NCBI RefSeq assembly: GCF_001481685.1
Contig: NZ_CP006867.1
Span: 1,350,001 to 1,382,000 of the forward strand
Source: Ignicoccus islandicus DSM 13165
GTDB taxonomy: Archaea > Thermoproteota > Thermoprotei_A > Sulfolobales > Ignicoccaceae
Direction of reading: 5' to 3'
Length of the DNA stretch: 32,000 nt
Below the pieces are notes generated by a model that saw only the letters and a program-made list of their open reading frames with translations, did no database searches and was not told where the DNA came from. Positions 8,369 to 17,674 of this stretch are shown in pieces; within the stretch, counting starts at the first letter, position 1; the number at the start of each line of letters is the position of its first letter. A program made the translations under genes and the position numbers.

Positions 8369-9396
8369 TGATTCTCACCTCCGCTTTTCCTTTCTTCCTC
8401 TTCCAATACCTTCCATGCCGGCGTTCTAACTACCTTTTCTGGGACCAGACCTTGCGGTCTGAACATTAAGAATAGGATGATCAACAGACCAACTAATATA
8501 GCTTGGAAATAGTTGGGTTCGAGAGGTAGGTTAATGTAGTCCTTGGCTATTTGGGTGAGTCTGTTTATTAGTATTATTATAGCAGTTCCAATTACGACAC
8601 CAGCGTTATTTGCCATACCGCCAACTATTACCATAACCCAAATAATGAAGGTTATAAGTGGTAGGAAAGTGTCTGGGTTTAAGTAGAGGAAATAGAACGC
8701 GTATAGCGCTCCAGCGATACCAGCTATAGCACTGCCTAGTGTTAATGAAAGTAGCTTATATCTATATGTGAACTTACCAATGCTTTTCGATGCGAGTTCT
8801 TCGTCTCTAATGCTTTTCAAGACTCTACCTAAAGGCGAGTTACCCCACCTTTCTAGTAACAAATAGATTACGAAGAACAACCCCACACTGAATCCGACGT
8901 ACGTCAACAATCTCAACGTCGGATTTTCTATGAAGTTAAACGGTGGCGAGATACCTCTTAAACCGAAGACGCCTCCCCAGACGCTGTTCGTTGGTGTGTT
9001 TCTGAGAAGTATCCTTATCATTTCACCTATTATTATAGTTGACATACCTAAGTAGTCCTCCTTTAGCCTAACTGTAGGTAGAGCTATTGCGAACCCAACG
9101 GCTGCCGCGGCGATAGCTGCAGCTATAATACACACTATCATAGGTAAATGAAATGCCGCTGAAAGAACGCCAGCGGTGTATGCACCTACCGCAATGAATC
9201 CTACTTTTCCGAAGTTACTTAGTCCGGTATATCCATATTCCAAGTTAAGGCTAAGCGCAGCGATACCGTAAAAAGCTAGGAAGAATATTAGATCTAGTGT
9301 GTAACTTACATTAACTGTAGCGAAAGAAGCTATTATACCAGCTACTATTATACCTATAATTAATCCAGTTCTGTCTAATTTTAGAGAAGCCTTCAC
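8365..9396 (-). CDS. livM: branched-chain amino-acid-type ABC transporter permease
   Basis: ALSLNLEYGYTGLSNFGKVGFIAVGAY and C-terminal FRPQGL are typical of LivM; adjacent to livG. Confidence 0.88.
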   Translation of the reverse strand: MKASLKLDRTGLIIGIIVAGIIASFATVNVSYTLDLIFFLAFYGIAALSLNLEYGYTGLSNFGKVGFIAVGAYTAGVLSAAFHLPMIVCIIAAAIAAAAVGFAIALPTVRLKEDYLGMSTIIIGEMIRILLRNTPTNSVWGGVFGLRGISPPFNFIENPTLRLLTYVGFSVGLFFVIYLLLERWGNSPLGRVLKSIRDEELASKSIGKFTYRYKLLSLTLGSAIAGIAGALYAFYFLYLNPDTFLPLITFIIWVMVIVGGMANNAGVVIGTAIIILINRLTQIAKDYINLPLEPNYFQAILVGLLIILFLMFRPQGLVPEKVVRTPAWKVLEEEERKSGGENQ

Positions 9397-9407
9397 CTCA
9401 CATCACC

Positions 9408-10739
9408 TCATGCCTTTCTAGTCTTTAGGCCAGCTAGGCCCTCAGGTTTCAGGTACAACACTAAGAGGAAGACAGTGAATGGTATCAAGAACCTGTAACC
9501 CGTGTATTGAGGATCTATCGATGCCAATAACGTAACTCCGAACTGCTCTGCAAATGCTAATATATAACTTGCTGCAAAAGTTCCCCAGAAACTGCCTAAA
9601 CCACCTAGTACTGCCACTGCGAACGCATTCAGAAGTATCATCCATCCGAGTTCCGGATAGATCTGTGTTTGCATAGCCCAGAATAAGCCTCCTAGACCAG
9701 CTAACGCGCCAGCAACTAGCCAAGCCAAGTTCACTACGCTATCAATATCAATACCGCAAGCGGCTGCTAGGACGGGATTGTTGGCAACAGCTCTCCAAGC
9801 CTTTCCTATTTTCGTTTTCTTAAACATTAGTGTTAGTAATATAACAGTTGCTAGAACAGTGGCGGACGACCATATGTATAAGTCAGTAAACGATATCAAT
9901 GGTTGAGGGAAATTAAACAGTACCTCGAATGCATCTAACTTCTTGAATGCAATACCAGTAGGTGATATCTCTATTGCTGGTATGAATTCCGATGTTTCAG
10001 TTAAGGAAGGCTTTGCAATTAGAAGCGTCCCGTTCATTATCCATGCTTGGAAGTTAGAGAGTTGAACACCGAACGATTGATAAGCTATCTCAGTTTTTAG
10101 GAACTGTCTGCTGTACCAAGTCATTTCATACAGGCTATACCTTATTATCAGAGCAACACCTATGCTTGCTACCATTAACTGAACTAACGTTGCACCCTTA
10201 TTCGAAAGGGGCTTATATACTAGTATATGTGATAGTAATGAGATTATAGCACTTACTATTAGTGCTTCAGCGGCAATTAAAATTAGGTTTTGTGGTAAGA
10301 CATACGTACCTATTCCAAGTATAGCAGCCGATATTAAGATCGCTACTCCGAGCATTAGGAATGTACTGTTTCTCTTTATCTTACCAAAGTAGCTCAGTAC
10401 GGCTCCAATAACCACTCCAGTAATGAAAATCGGTTGAACGATACCGTTTACTGCACCGTTAACTATTGCGAAGTTGTACAAAAGATACGCTGCATACGCT
10501 CCAACTGTTGCAACGTCACCGTGTGCGAAGTTGGCGAACTTAGCTACGCTAAAGGTCATTGTTATCCCTATCGCAATAAGGAAGTAAAGGTTTCCTAGTA
10601 GTATTGTATCAACTAGCACTTGAGGGAGTTGCGAGTAGCTGGTGCCCCATGCCTCCTTAGGCACGAGCGAATATACGAGGATCAGTAATGCAATAATAAC
10701 TATTATACCAATAGCGAACTTCTTTTGCAGCAGCGTCAT
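9408..10739 (-). CDS. livH: branched-chain amino-acid-type ABC transporter permease, enlarged
   Basis: LIAIGITMTFSVAKFANFAHGD, WRAVANNPVLAAACGID, AVAVLGGLGSFWGTF; 443 aa. Confidence 0.85.
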   Translation of the reverse strand: MTLLQKKFAIGIIVIIALLILVYSLVPKEAWGTSYSQLPQVLVDTILLGNLYFLIAIGITMTFSVAKFANFAHGDVATVGAYAAYLLYNFAIVNGAVNGIVQPIFITGVVIGAVLSYFGKIKRNSTFLMLGVAILISAAILGIGTYVLPQNLILIAAEALIVSAIISLLSHILVYKPLSNKGATLVQLMVASIGVALIIRYSLYEMTWYSRQFLKTEIAYQSFGVQLSNFQAWIMNGTLLIAKPSLTETSEFIPAIEISPTGIAFKKLDAFEVLFNFPQPLISFTDLYIWSSATVLATVILLTLMFKKTKIGKAWRAVANNPVLAAACGIDIDSVVNLAWLVAGALAGLGGLFWAMQTQIYPELGWMILLNAFAVAVLGGLGSFWGTFAASYILAFAEQFGVTLLASIDPQYTGYRFLIPFTVFLLVLYLKPEGLAGLKTRKA

Positions 10740-10861
10740 TGTTTAGTGCCCTTTTCCGTGAGGAGGAATGAGTATATATTAGGCTACTTTTGGTAAACCG
10801 AATACTTAAGATACGAACATATCTTATATTGTATATTGTGTAATTGGGTATATAGGTTATG

Positions 10862-11743
10862 CTAAAATAACTTGAACGGCATACTCCCTTGACTTAGAGA
10901 TACAGTATAGCTTCTGGAGCTGCTTTCAACTAGAACCAACGTATTCTCATTTTCGAACAAATCAGAGAGCATATATCTATATGATTTTAAAGCGTCTAAT
11001 AATTCTCCACTCACTATCTCCGCAAATGGAACTAAGTCCTTAAATTCCTTAGCACTCATGACTTGCTCTCGAAGTTCTACTTTTAAGAGAAGTCTATCAA
11101 GTATTTCGTTTATTTTCTCTTCGGGTATTCTTCCCTCCAATAGATCCACTATTAGTTTTTCAACGTAGTTGACGGACCTTCTCGAAAGTTCGTATTCATA
11201 GTACATACCCGAGACTGATAGCGCGTGTAGTATTTGGGCTTTACCACTCACACCCTCTTTTGGTATAGAAACCATTATTTGGTCAACAAGTTCCTTAACA
11301 ATCATCGCATCTTTCGTGGAAATCGGGCTTGAATGTATGTAAGGTACAGCCGACCCAATTAAACTCCAGGGCGTTAGTTCTATGTTGTCAGCACCGAGAA
11401 GCGTTAATACACCTAAGTTCAACGCAAAGTCAAGAACTATTACCTTCAGTTCTGTTACACCTATTCCACGCATTTGTTTAAGTAAGTAGTCGGCGAAGTA
11501 TAGCGTAGATCCAGTGGTATTGTAAAGTAAGGCGACCTTTTCACAGTTACCTTTAATCACTAGTGATAGTATATTACTTACGTCCCTGATATGCGAAAGT
11601 AGTACGTTCGGTGAAGACGAAGGATCTATTCTAGGATTGTTTGAGATCGCTATTACACAGTATTCGTTGTCCCAATACTCTTCTAACTGTTGAAGTAAGT
11701 ATTTCCTTGTAGGCGGGTGACTAGGCATCACTGATCTTTTCAC
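10862..11743 (-). CDS. putative SppA/SDH-type (ClpP/crotonase-fold) protein, possibly lacking protease activity
   Basis: VALLYNTTGSTLYFADYLLKQMRG...FALNLGVLTLLGADNIELTPWSLIGSAVPYI resembles the ClpP-like core of serine dehydrogenase/SppA-like proteases. Confidence 0.5.
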   Translation of the reverse strand: MKRSVMPSHPPTRKYLLQQLEEYWDNEYCVIAISNNPRIDPSSSPNVLLSHIRDVSNILSLVIKGNCEKVALLYNTTGSTLYFADYLLKQMRGIGVTELKVIVLDFALNLGVLTLLGADNIELTPWSLIGSAVPYIHSSPISTKDAMIVKELVDQIMVSIPKEGVSGKAQILHALSVSGMYYEYELSRRSVNYVEKLIVDLLEGRIPEEKINEILDRLLLKVELREQVMSAKEFKDLVPFAEIVSGELLDALKSYRYMLSDLFENENTLVLVESSSRSYTVSLSQGSMPFKLF

Positions 11744-11770
11744 CAGTCCCCTCTAAGGGGCATAAGACAA

Positions 11771-12310
11771 TTATAAGAGTCGGAAAGCGCTTACCTTCCT
11801 GGAAATCAAAAAGGCAGAATAGGCATGTCTCCCTAGTTTCTTTGAGAGCATAGCCTTTCTGAACTTACTTGTTCCAACGGAAGTGCGTGGTTCATCTACG
11901 AGATATAGAGGAATAGATTTCTTGCTGGCGATTTCCATTAGAGCAATAATTAACTGCGTTGATGTATCAATGTTTCCATTGCCTACCATTATTCTAGAGA
12001 CTTCTATTTCATTTAACACTCGCTCAATGGTATCGATTAGTAGGTCTTTAGGACCTTCCCATGAAAACAATATTACGTCTCTCAATCTTACGATAAGACC
12101 GCAATTCTCTCCGGGATCAATTCCTATTATCGGAAGATCCTTTTCATCTAAACATTTAGCGAGTAATTTATATGTACAAGACAAATACGATTTACAGACA
12201 TGTAGAACAGAATCGCAATAGATCTTGCATTTAGGAATTTCCGAGATAGGTTCTTGAAGGCAAACGTCTCGGAATAACTTGAAGTAGTTCTTACTTATAT
12301 TCTTTTTAAT
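11771..12310 (-). CDS. RNase H-fold / YqgF- or Holliday-junction-resolvase-like protein
   Basis: IIGIDPGENCGLIV N-terminal Asp motif and LVDEPRTSV; track ORF 11771..12184 begins at a TTG. The frame is open upstream to about 12316, with GGAGGT 8 nt before an ATT at 12310-12308. Confidence 0.6.
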   Translation of the reverse strand: MKKNISKNYFKLFRDVCLQEPISEIPKCKIYCDSVLHVCKSYLSCTYKLLAKCLDEKDLPIIGIDPGENCGLIVRLRDVILFSWEGPKDLLIDTIERVLNEIEVSRIMVGNGNIDTSTQLIIALMEIASKKSIPLYLVDEPRTSVGTSKFRKAMLSKKLGRHAYSAFLISRKVSAFRLL

Positions 12311-12316
12311 ATTACG

Positions 12317-12583
12317 TTACCTCCTTCCAGATAGCTTTCTCGCCTCTCTTTCAGTTTCTCTAAGTATTAGAATATCACCTACTCTTACTGGACCCTTGAC
12401 GTTCCTTGTCAAGATTCTTCCTTTATCTCTACCCTCAAGCACTCTTGCTCTCACTTGGGTTATCTCACCAGTTACACCAGTTCTTCCTATTATCTGGATT
12501 ACCTCTGCAGGAAATCCTATTTCTTCTGTGATCTTTATTTCTTCGATCCAATCCCCTACATATATTTTCTTCTTCTCAGTCAC
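12317..12583 (-). CDS. rps28e: 30S ribosomal protein S28e
   Basis: [50 protein letters not shown]; the RNVKGPVR motif is diagnostic. Confidence 0.95.
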   Translation of the reverse strand: MTEKKKIYVGDWIEEIKITEEIGFPAEVIQIIGRTGVTGEITQVRARVLEGRDKGRILTRNVKGPVRVGDILILRETEREARKLSGRR

Positions 12584-12637
12584 TTCCTTCTAACCCGGAT
12601 TCGTACTCTGGAATATCCTTTTTAAATCTGAAATTCC

Positions 12638-12832
12638 ATGGTGGAACGGGGACGGAAAGTGCAACATAGAGTGTGCTCATTTTGTGGTAGAGAAATTGAG
12701 CCAGGAACGGGTATAATGTTTGTTAGAAACGATGGATCGATTTTGTGGTTCTGTAGCAGCAAGTGTTTCAAGAACTATAAGATGGGAAGGAAGGCGCGTA
12801 AGTTACCTTGGACAGCAAATTACGGAAGGTGA
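12638..12832 (+). CDS. rpl24e: 50S ribosomal protein L24e
   Basis: [21 protein letters not shown]...[22 protein letters not shown]. Confidence 0.95.
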   Translation: MVERGRKVQHRVCSFCGREIEPGTGIMFVRNDGSILWFCSSKCFKNYKMGRKARKLPWTANYGR

Positions 12833-12839
12833 TTGAGTA

Positions 12840-13286
12840 ATGAGCGTCGAATTAGAGTTCGTGATGATAAAGCCGGATGGAGTTAAAAGAGGGTTAATAG
12901 GAGAAATAATCTCAAGAATCGAAAGGAAAGGTTTAAAGATAAAGGCATTGAAAATGATTAAAATGAGTAAGGAGATGGCAGAGGAACTTTACGCTGAACA
13001 TAAAGGCAAACCGTTCTTCAATGACTTGGTTGAATACGTTACCTCGGGTCCAGTAGTAGTAATGATTGTAGAGGGTCCAAAGGCGGTTCAAGTTGTTAGG
13101 AAAATGATCGGTGCTACCGACGGCGCTGAAGCTGAACCCGGAAGCATACGCGGTGATTTCGCCTTGAGTAAAGCGAGGAACATAGTTCATGCTACTGACT
13201 CACCGGAAAAAGTTGAGAAGGAGGCATCGATATTCTTTAAACTAGACGAACTCGTGGATTACGATTACCTACACGCGATTTACTAA
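12840..13286 (+). CDS. ndk: nucleoside diphosphate kinase
   Basis: [46 protein letters not shown]. Confidence 0.97.
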   Translation: MSVELEFVMIKPDGVKRGLIGEIISRIERKGLKIKALKMIKMSKEMAEELYAEHKGKPFFNDLVEYVTSGPVVVMIVEGPKAVQVVRKMIGATDGAEAEPGSIRGDFALSKARNIVHATDSPEKVEKEASIFFKLDELVDYDYLHAIY

Positions 13287-13337
13287 ACGATTCGTTTTAG
13301 TTATTAAACAGAGCAAATAAAGAACCATATTTCATTA

Positions 13338-14243
13338 TCATTGAACGTTCTCTTCTTTACCTCTAATCGATGCTATCGATTTAGCTAAGTCGACCGTCAT
13401 TAGTCCTCGCGTAGAAATTGTACATACTTGTGGACGACCCTTCCCCCATATTAGATAGGCTATACATTCTAGAAGCACTTGGACCTCGGAACTTTCCCAT
13501 AATATTCTCTTATAAAGTTTGCTCATAAATGGAATTGTTAAAACTTTGACGTTTCTAGCAACTATATTCATTATTTCATTCATTAATAACCTTCTTTCGT
13601 TAACGTCAGTAAGTATTCTCGGAGTTATTTGGTTGATTACGAATATGTCAGGTAGAGTTCCCATAGCAGCCTCTGCTATTCTAAGCGTCCTTTCAATCTC
13701 GGTAATGCTAGCTTGGGACAGGAGAACACTTCTTGCGTTTAGAGACTCAATAACGCACTTCAAAATTGGTATATCTGCGAAACTAGCAGCAGGAGTATCG
13801 AAGACTATTAAGTCGTAAAACTCCGATATTTCGAAGAGAGTCTGTGCGACTTTTCGCGCTGCATGCGGAATACCATATCTCATTATCTCTTCTGAGTATT
13901 TGATTGCTGAATCCAGCGTTCCTGAAGGTATAACGTGTAGTAATCCATCACCAAGAACGTGAGTGTAGTCATCAAGGGAACCTCCTATTTCTAATACGTC
14001 ATACCACCCCTTCAAGTTCCTGGCCCGTTCTCCTAAGAAGAATCTCGATGCGCCGTCTCTAAAGTCAGCATCTATTAGCAGAGTTCGACGCTTACTCTTG
14101 AATGCCGAGCTAGCAGCTATTAATGCACTCGTTGTTGACTTTCCTACACCTCCTTTGATGCCCCACACAGTAATAACGTTCTCACGCTTAAGCAATGGTT
14201 CGCAATGGAACTTTACCTTGCTTTTCTTAATCTTCAATCTCAA
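13338..14243 (-). CDS. ParA/MinD-like ATPase
   Basis: Deviant Walker A KGGVGKSTTSALIA, LLIDADFRDG, DLIVFDTPAA. Confidence 0.85.
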   Translation of the reverse strand: MRLKIKKSKVKFHCEPLLKRENVITVWGIKGGVGKSTTSALIAASSAFKSKRRTLLIDADFRDGASRFFLGERARNLKGWYDVLEIGGSLDDYTHVLGDGLLHVIPSGTLDSAIKYSEEIMRYGIPHAARKVAQTLFEISEFYDLIVFDTPAASFADIPILKCVIESLNARSVLLSQASITEIERTLRIAEAAMGTLPDIFVINQITPRILTDVNERRLLMNEIMNIVARNVKVLTIPFMSKLYKRILWESSEVQVLLECIAYLIWGKGRPQVCTISTRGLMTVDLAKSIASIRGKEENVQ

Positions 14244-14429
14244 TACCTATTCAGATGTCAGCAATTCAAGTTATAATACCCTATAGTACCACTATTCCAA
14301 TTCCCCATATAGTACTTTACTATTTTTAACGTAGATACTAGTTAAAAAAGTATAATTGCGAATTAAACTTCCGTTCGCAAATTGTTTAAAATTACCTTCG
14401 ATTTGTATAAACCTAATGGTGTTTTAACA

Positions 14430-15920
14430 ATGATAAAAGCTAAGCTCAAGGAGGCAATAAAGGAAGGTATTAGGATCGCCGAAACTGCACTGCCTAAGTG
14501 GATCTATGATTATTTAGTAGAAGCCTACGAGAATTCGGAAGGTAGAGCTAAAGCCCAGTTAGGGGCTATCCTAAGAAACATTGAGTTAGCAGTAAAGGAA
14601 CGTAAGCCTATGTGTCAAGACACAGGTCTTTTGGTATTTAGCATAAAGTTAGGCCGCGACTTCCCTATCTCTTATAGAGATCTAATAGGAATAATAGAAG
14701 AGAGTTTACGTGAAGCTACGTCAGAGATACCAATACGTCCGAACACTATGGATCCCCTTACTGGATTTAATCCAGGCGATAATACTGGCAAGGGCATGCC
14801 AATTGTCGAGATAGAAGAAATAAACGAGGGCGACGCACTTGAGATATCGATAAGACCGAAAGGCGGTGGAAGCGAATATCCATCTAAGCTATGCATGATT
14901 CCTCCATCAATGGGATTAAAGGGAGTAAAGGAATGCTTGTTTAAAGCAATACTCGATGCTGGAGGAAAACCGTGCCCCCCTGGAATTGTGAGCGTAGCCT
15001 TCGGCGGTACAGTAGAAGAGGCAGTTAAGCTCTCAAAAAGTAACCTATATAGGAAAGGAAAACATCTCGAGGAAAGAATAAGCAAGCTTGAAGAGAAATG
15101 GAAGCAAGAAATAAACGCCCTTAATATAGGTCCCATGGGACTAGGTGGCACGCCAACGATACTTGACTTAAAAATAGATTATAATTATCGTCACCCCGCA
15201 TCTTATCCAGTAGCAGTTACGTTCAACTGTTGGGCTGCTAGGGAATCTCGGATAAGAATAAAGAGAGATGGCTCATGGGAAGTAATAAGCGAAAACGTAA
15301 CTAGCAAAGACTTACTTCACATAGAAGACATTAATGTTCAAGCACGTGAACTTAAGCTACCTGTCGATAGTAACGAGGTAAGAAAATTGAAGGCTGGTGA
15401 CGTAGTCTACGTTACCGGAACCATAGTTACCGCTAGAGACGAAGCACATAAAAAGATAATTGAAGAAGGTAAACCTCCAATAGACTTGAAGGGTCTAGCT
15501 ATTTACCATTGCGGCCCCGTGGTAAAGAAGGAAGGAACTGAATGGAAAGTTATTGCAGCGGGACCAACCACTAGCGCTCGAATGAACGAACTGGAAGCGA
15601 AAGTCCTTGAAATAACGGGTGCCAAGCTGGTTATAGGTAAAGGTGGAATGAAAAGAGATCTCCTTGATACGTTCAGTAGGTACGGCGCTGCTTATTTGGC
15701 CTTTCCAGGAGGGGCAGCGTTGTTAGCTGCTAAGGCTATAAAGAGAGTCAAGGGAGTATATTGGTTAGAGGAGTTAGGAATTCCAGAGGCTATGTGGGTC
15801 TTTGAGGTTGAAAGGTTTGGTCCGTTAATAGTTGCGATGGATTCCCATGGTAATAGTCTTTATGAAGAAGTAAACAAGGCGGCAGTAGAAAACGCTAAAC
15901 GGTACTTAAAGGAAATATAG
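14430..15920 (+). CDS. fumarate hydratase class I, alpha and beta domains fused
   Basis: Alpha: PMCQDTGLLVF, GGGSEYPSKL, GPMGLGGTPT. Beta: GDVVYVTGTIVTARDEAHK, GLAIYHCGPV, AAGPTTSARM, GKGGM. ATG at 14430 with upstream GGTG is the likely start. Confidence 0.88.
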   Translation: MIKAKLKEAIKEGIRIAETALPKWIYDYLVEAYENSEGRAKAQLGAILRNIELAVKERKPMCQDTGLLVFSIKLGRDFPISYRDLIGIIEESLREATSEIPIRPNTMDPLTGFNPGDNTGKGMPIVEIEEINEGDALEISIRPKGGGSEYPSKLCMIPPSMGLKGVKECLFKAILDAGGKPCPPGIVSVAFGGTVEEAVKLSKSNLYRKGKHLEERISKLEEKWKQEINALNIGPMGLGGTPTILDLKIDYNYRHPASYPVAVTFNCWAARESRIRIKRDGSWEVISENVTSKDLLHIEDINVQARELKLPVDSNEVRKLKAGDVVYVTGTIVTARDEAHKKIIEEGKPPIDLKGLAIYHCGPVVKKEGTEWKVIAAGPTTSARMNELEAKVLEITGAKLVIGKGGMKRDLLDTFSRYGAAYLAFPGGAALLAAKAIKRVKGVYWLEELGIPEAMWVFEVERFGPLIVAMDSHGNSLYEEVNKAAVENAKRYLKEI

Positions 15921-15931
15921 ACCCTTTAAAA

Positions 15932-17623
15932 TTACTTGTTTGTTAGTTGTAATAATGTATATACATGCATTGCTGAGAGTTCGTAAAACAGCACGGAACT
16001 CGCAGGATCTGATGAAGATAACTTGCGTGCCGAATACTGGTATATCTCAGCGATTACAGGATTTAATTTATTGGATTTCGCAAGAGATAATGCTATTCCG
16101 GAGGCGTATTCACTTTTCTTAAGAACGTTTTCTAAACTAATTGAGTAGTTGACGTGAAGTTCGTAAGTAAGGATAGCATTCAAGTACATGCCAGCAGCCA
16201 TCTTTTGAAGAGGGCCTTCGGATGATGCTAGTTTATATATCCCTATGGCCTCTTCACCGCTTCTGTCTAAGTTTATGTTCATTGCAAGTATGTAGGCCAG
16301 AATAGTATTAGCAGAAGAATAGACCGCTTCAGCAGTCTTGGTGAACCTTCCTTTATCTATACTCTCACCTTTACTGAAAACGTTGGCTAGTTGTAACCAC
16401 GTTCGTGTTGCAAGAGCGTAGTATTTAGAGTATATTAGATACTGAAGTATGTCGTTTAGTTCCGTTGAATTGAGTGCTTCGTGATAGTAATACTTTGCAC
16501 GTAAGTACCTATTTGCTGACGTGAGAAGTATATCTATATGGTTAGAATCAAAGTATTCATAACTATATTGGTTAAGTAACCCTCTAACCTCTTTTAAGAG
16601 ACTCTCTACGTTGTCTGCCAATTCTATTAAGCTCTTAAATCCATTTAGAACCATCTTCTCATACCAGTAGGCAGTTTCAGCTCTTATTGCGGCAGTGAAC
16701 GCGTAGTTTACCGAACTATACACATCAGTAGATCTCAGTTCATCCGCTTTCTCTGCAGCAGTTCTCGCTTGATCTATTAGTTCAACGCTTACATGCGTGA
16801 GGCCTTTAACAGACCTTTCATATTTTCTATACATAGATAGATAGTAATCAACCCAATTCGTCATAACGTCTCTTACCTCCTTTGGCAATTCGCTTACCAG
16901 TAAGGGTCGAGGTACTATTGGAGGATTGTTTAGCCAGTATCTTAGTGCTTCGAATATTGTTTTCACGGGAACTACTTTAACTCCTAATTTCTTACCAAAG
17001 TCTATTAAGTTAACTTCTTCAGACTTTATCGTTTTGATTACCCCGAAAGGTGAATTAATGGTAGTGGCTCTACTGATTGTAGCGTTTTCTTCACCGAATG
17101 GTAAGAGGAATACCGTATAACCTTTCTCTGCAGCAGCTTGTAGTTTATAATACGTGCCTCCAACGGGCCCTATCGTTCCGTCTGGACTTATCGTACCTGT
17201 GCCAGCTACGTTAGTCTTCGGTTTTTGGTTAGTTAACGCTGCGTAAACAGCTACCGTCATTGCCATGCCGGCACTCGGTCCGCCTACGATTACGCTAGGA
17301 GTCTTGAAGCGAAAGAAGAAGTCATACTTAGTCCAATCCTTCTTTGCTATTGCGGAAGCCACCAGAACAGCTATTCTTGCTATACCCTGGGTGTCCACTT
17401 GGGTTAAAGGTTCCGAAGATACGTAGATAGAACCGGATCCCGGATATGCTACTACTACTGTTAAGTTTCCGACCACACCTTCCATTCCGTTCTCAGTGAA
17501 AGTTACACCGATTACTGGAACAGTTACAGTAGAAGCCTTTTCGTAACACTTACTAAATGCATAGGCGCTACCACTTGCGAGAAGAATCAAAACGAGTGAA
17601 ATTGTAAGCGACTTGATACTCAA
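15932..17623 (-). CDS. exported Lon-like (S16) serine protease lacking an AAA+ domain
   Basis: N-terminal signal-like segment; GGPSAGMAM with GPVGGTYYKLQAAAEKG gives the Ser/Lys dyad context; long helical C-terminus. Confidence 0.8.
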   Translation of the reverse strand: MSIKSLTISLVLILLASGSAYAFSKCYEKASTVTVPVIGVTFTENGMEGVVGNLTVVVAYPGSGSIYVSSEPLTQVDTQGIARIAVLVASAIAKKDWTKYDFFFRFKTPSVIVGGPSAGMAMTVAVYAALTNQKPKTNVAGTGTISPDGTIGPVGGTYYKLQAAAEKGYTVFLLPFGEENATISRATTINSPFGVIKTIKSEEVNLIDFGKKLGVKVVPVKTIFEALRYWLNNPPIVPRPLLVSELPKEVRDVMTNWVDYYLSMYRKYERSVKGLTHVSVELIDQARTAAEKADELRSTDVYSSVNYAFTAAIRAETAYWYEKMVLNGFKSLIELADNVESLLKEVRGLLNQYSYEYFDSNHIDILLTSANRYLRAKYYYHEALNSTELNDILQYLIYSKYYALATRTWLQLANVFSKGESIDKGRFTKTAEAVYSSANTILAYILAMNINLDRSGEEAIGIYKLASSEGPLQKMAAGMYLNAILTYELHVNYSISLENVLKKSEYASGIALSLAKSNKLNPVIAEIYQYSARKLSSSDPASSVLFYELSAMHVYTLLQLTNK

Positions 17624-17674
17624 CCTCCGACACGCCCAGACTCTTCAGATTATCTAAGCGATTAAAGTTTGGTA

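Noticed and set aside
11883-12221. 112-aa plus-strand ORF
   Set aside because: Antisense to the GIDPG RNase H-like ORF; composition looks like a shadow frame.
14672-15151. 159-aa minus-strand ORF
   Set aside because: Antisense to the fumarase frame, Ser/Pro-rich; motifs in the plus frame are unambiguous.
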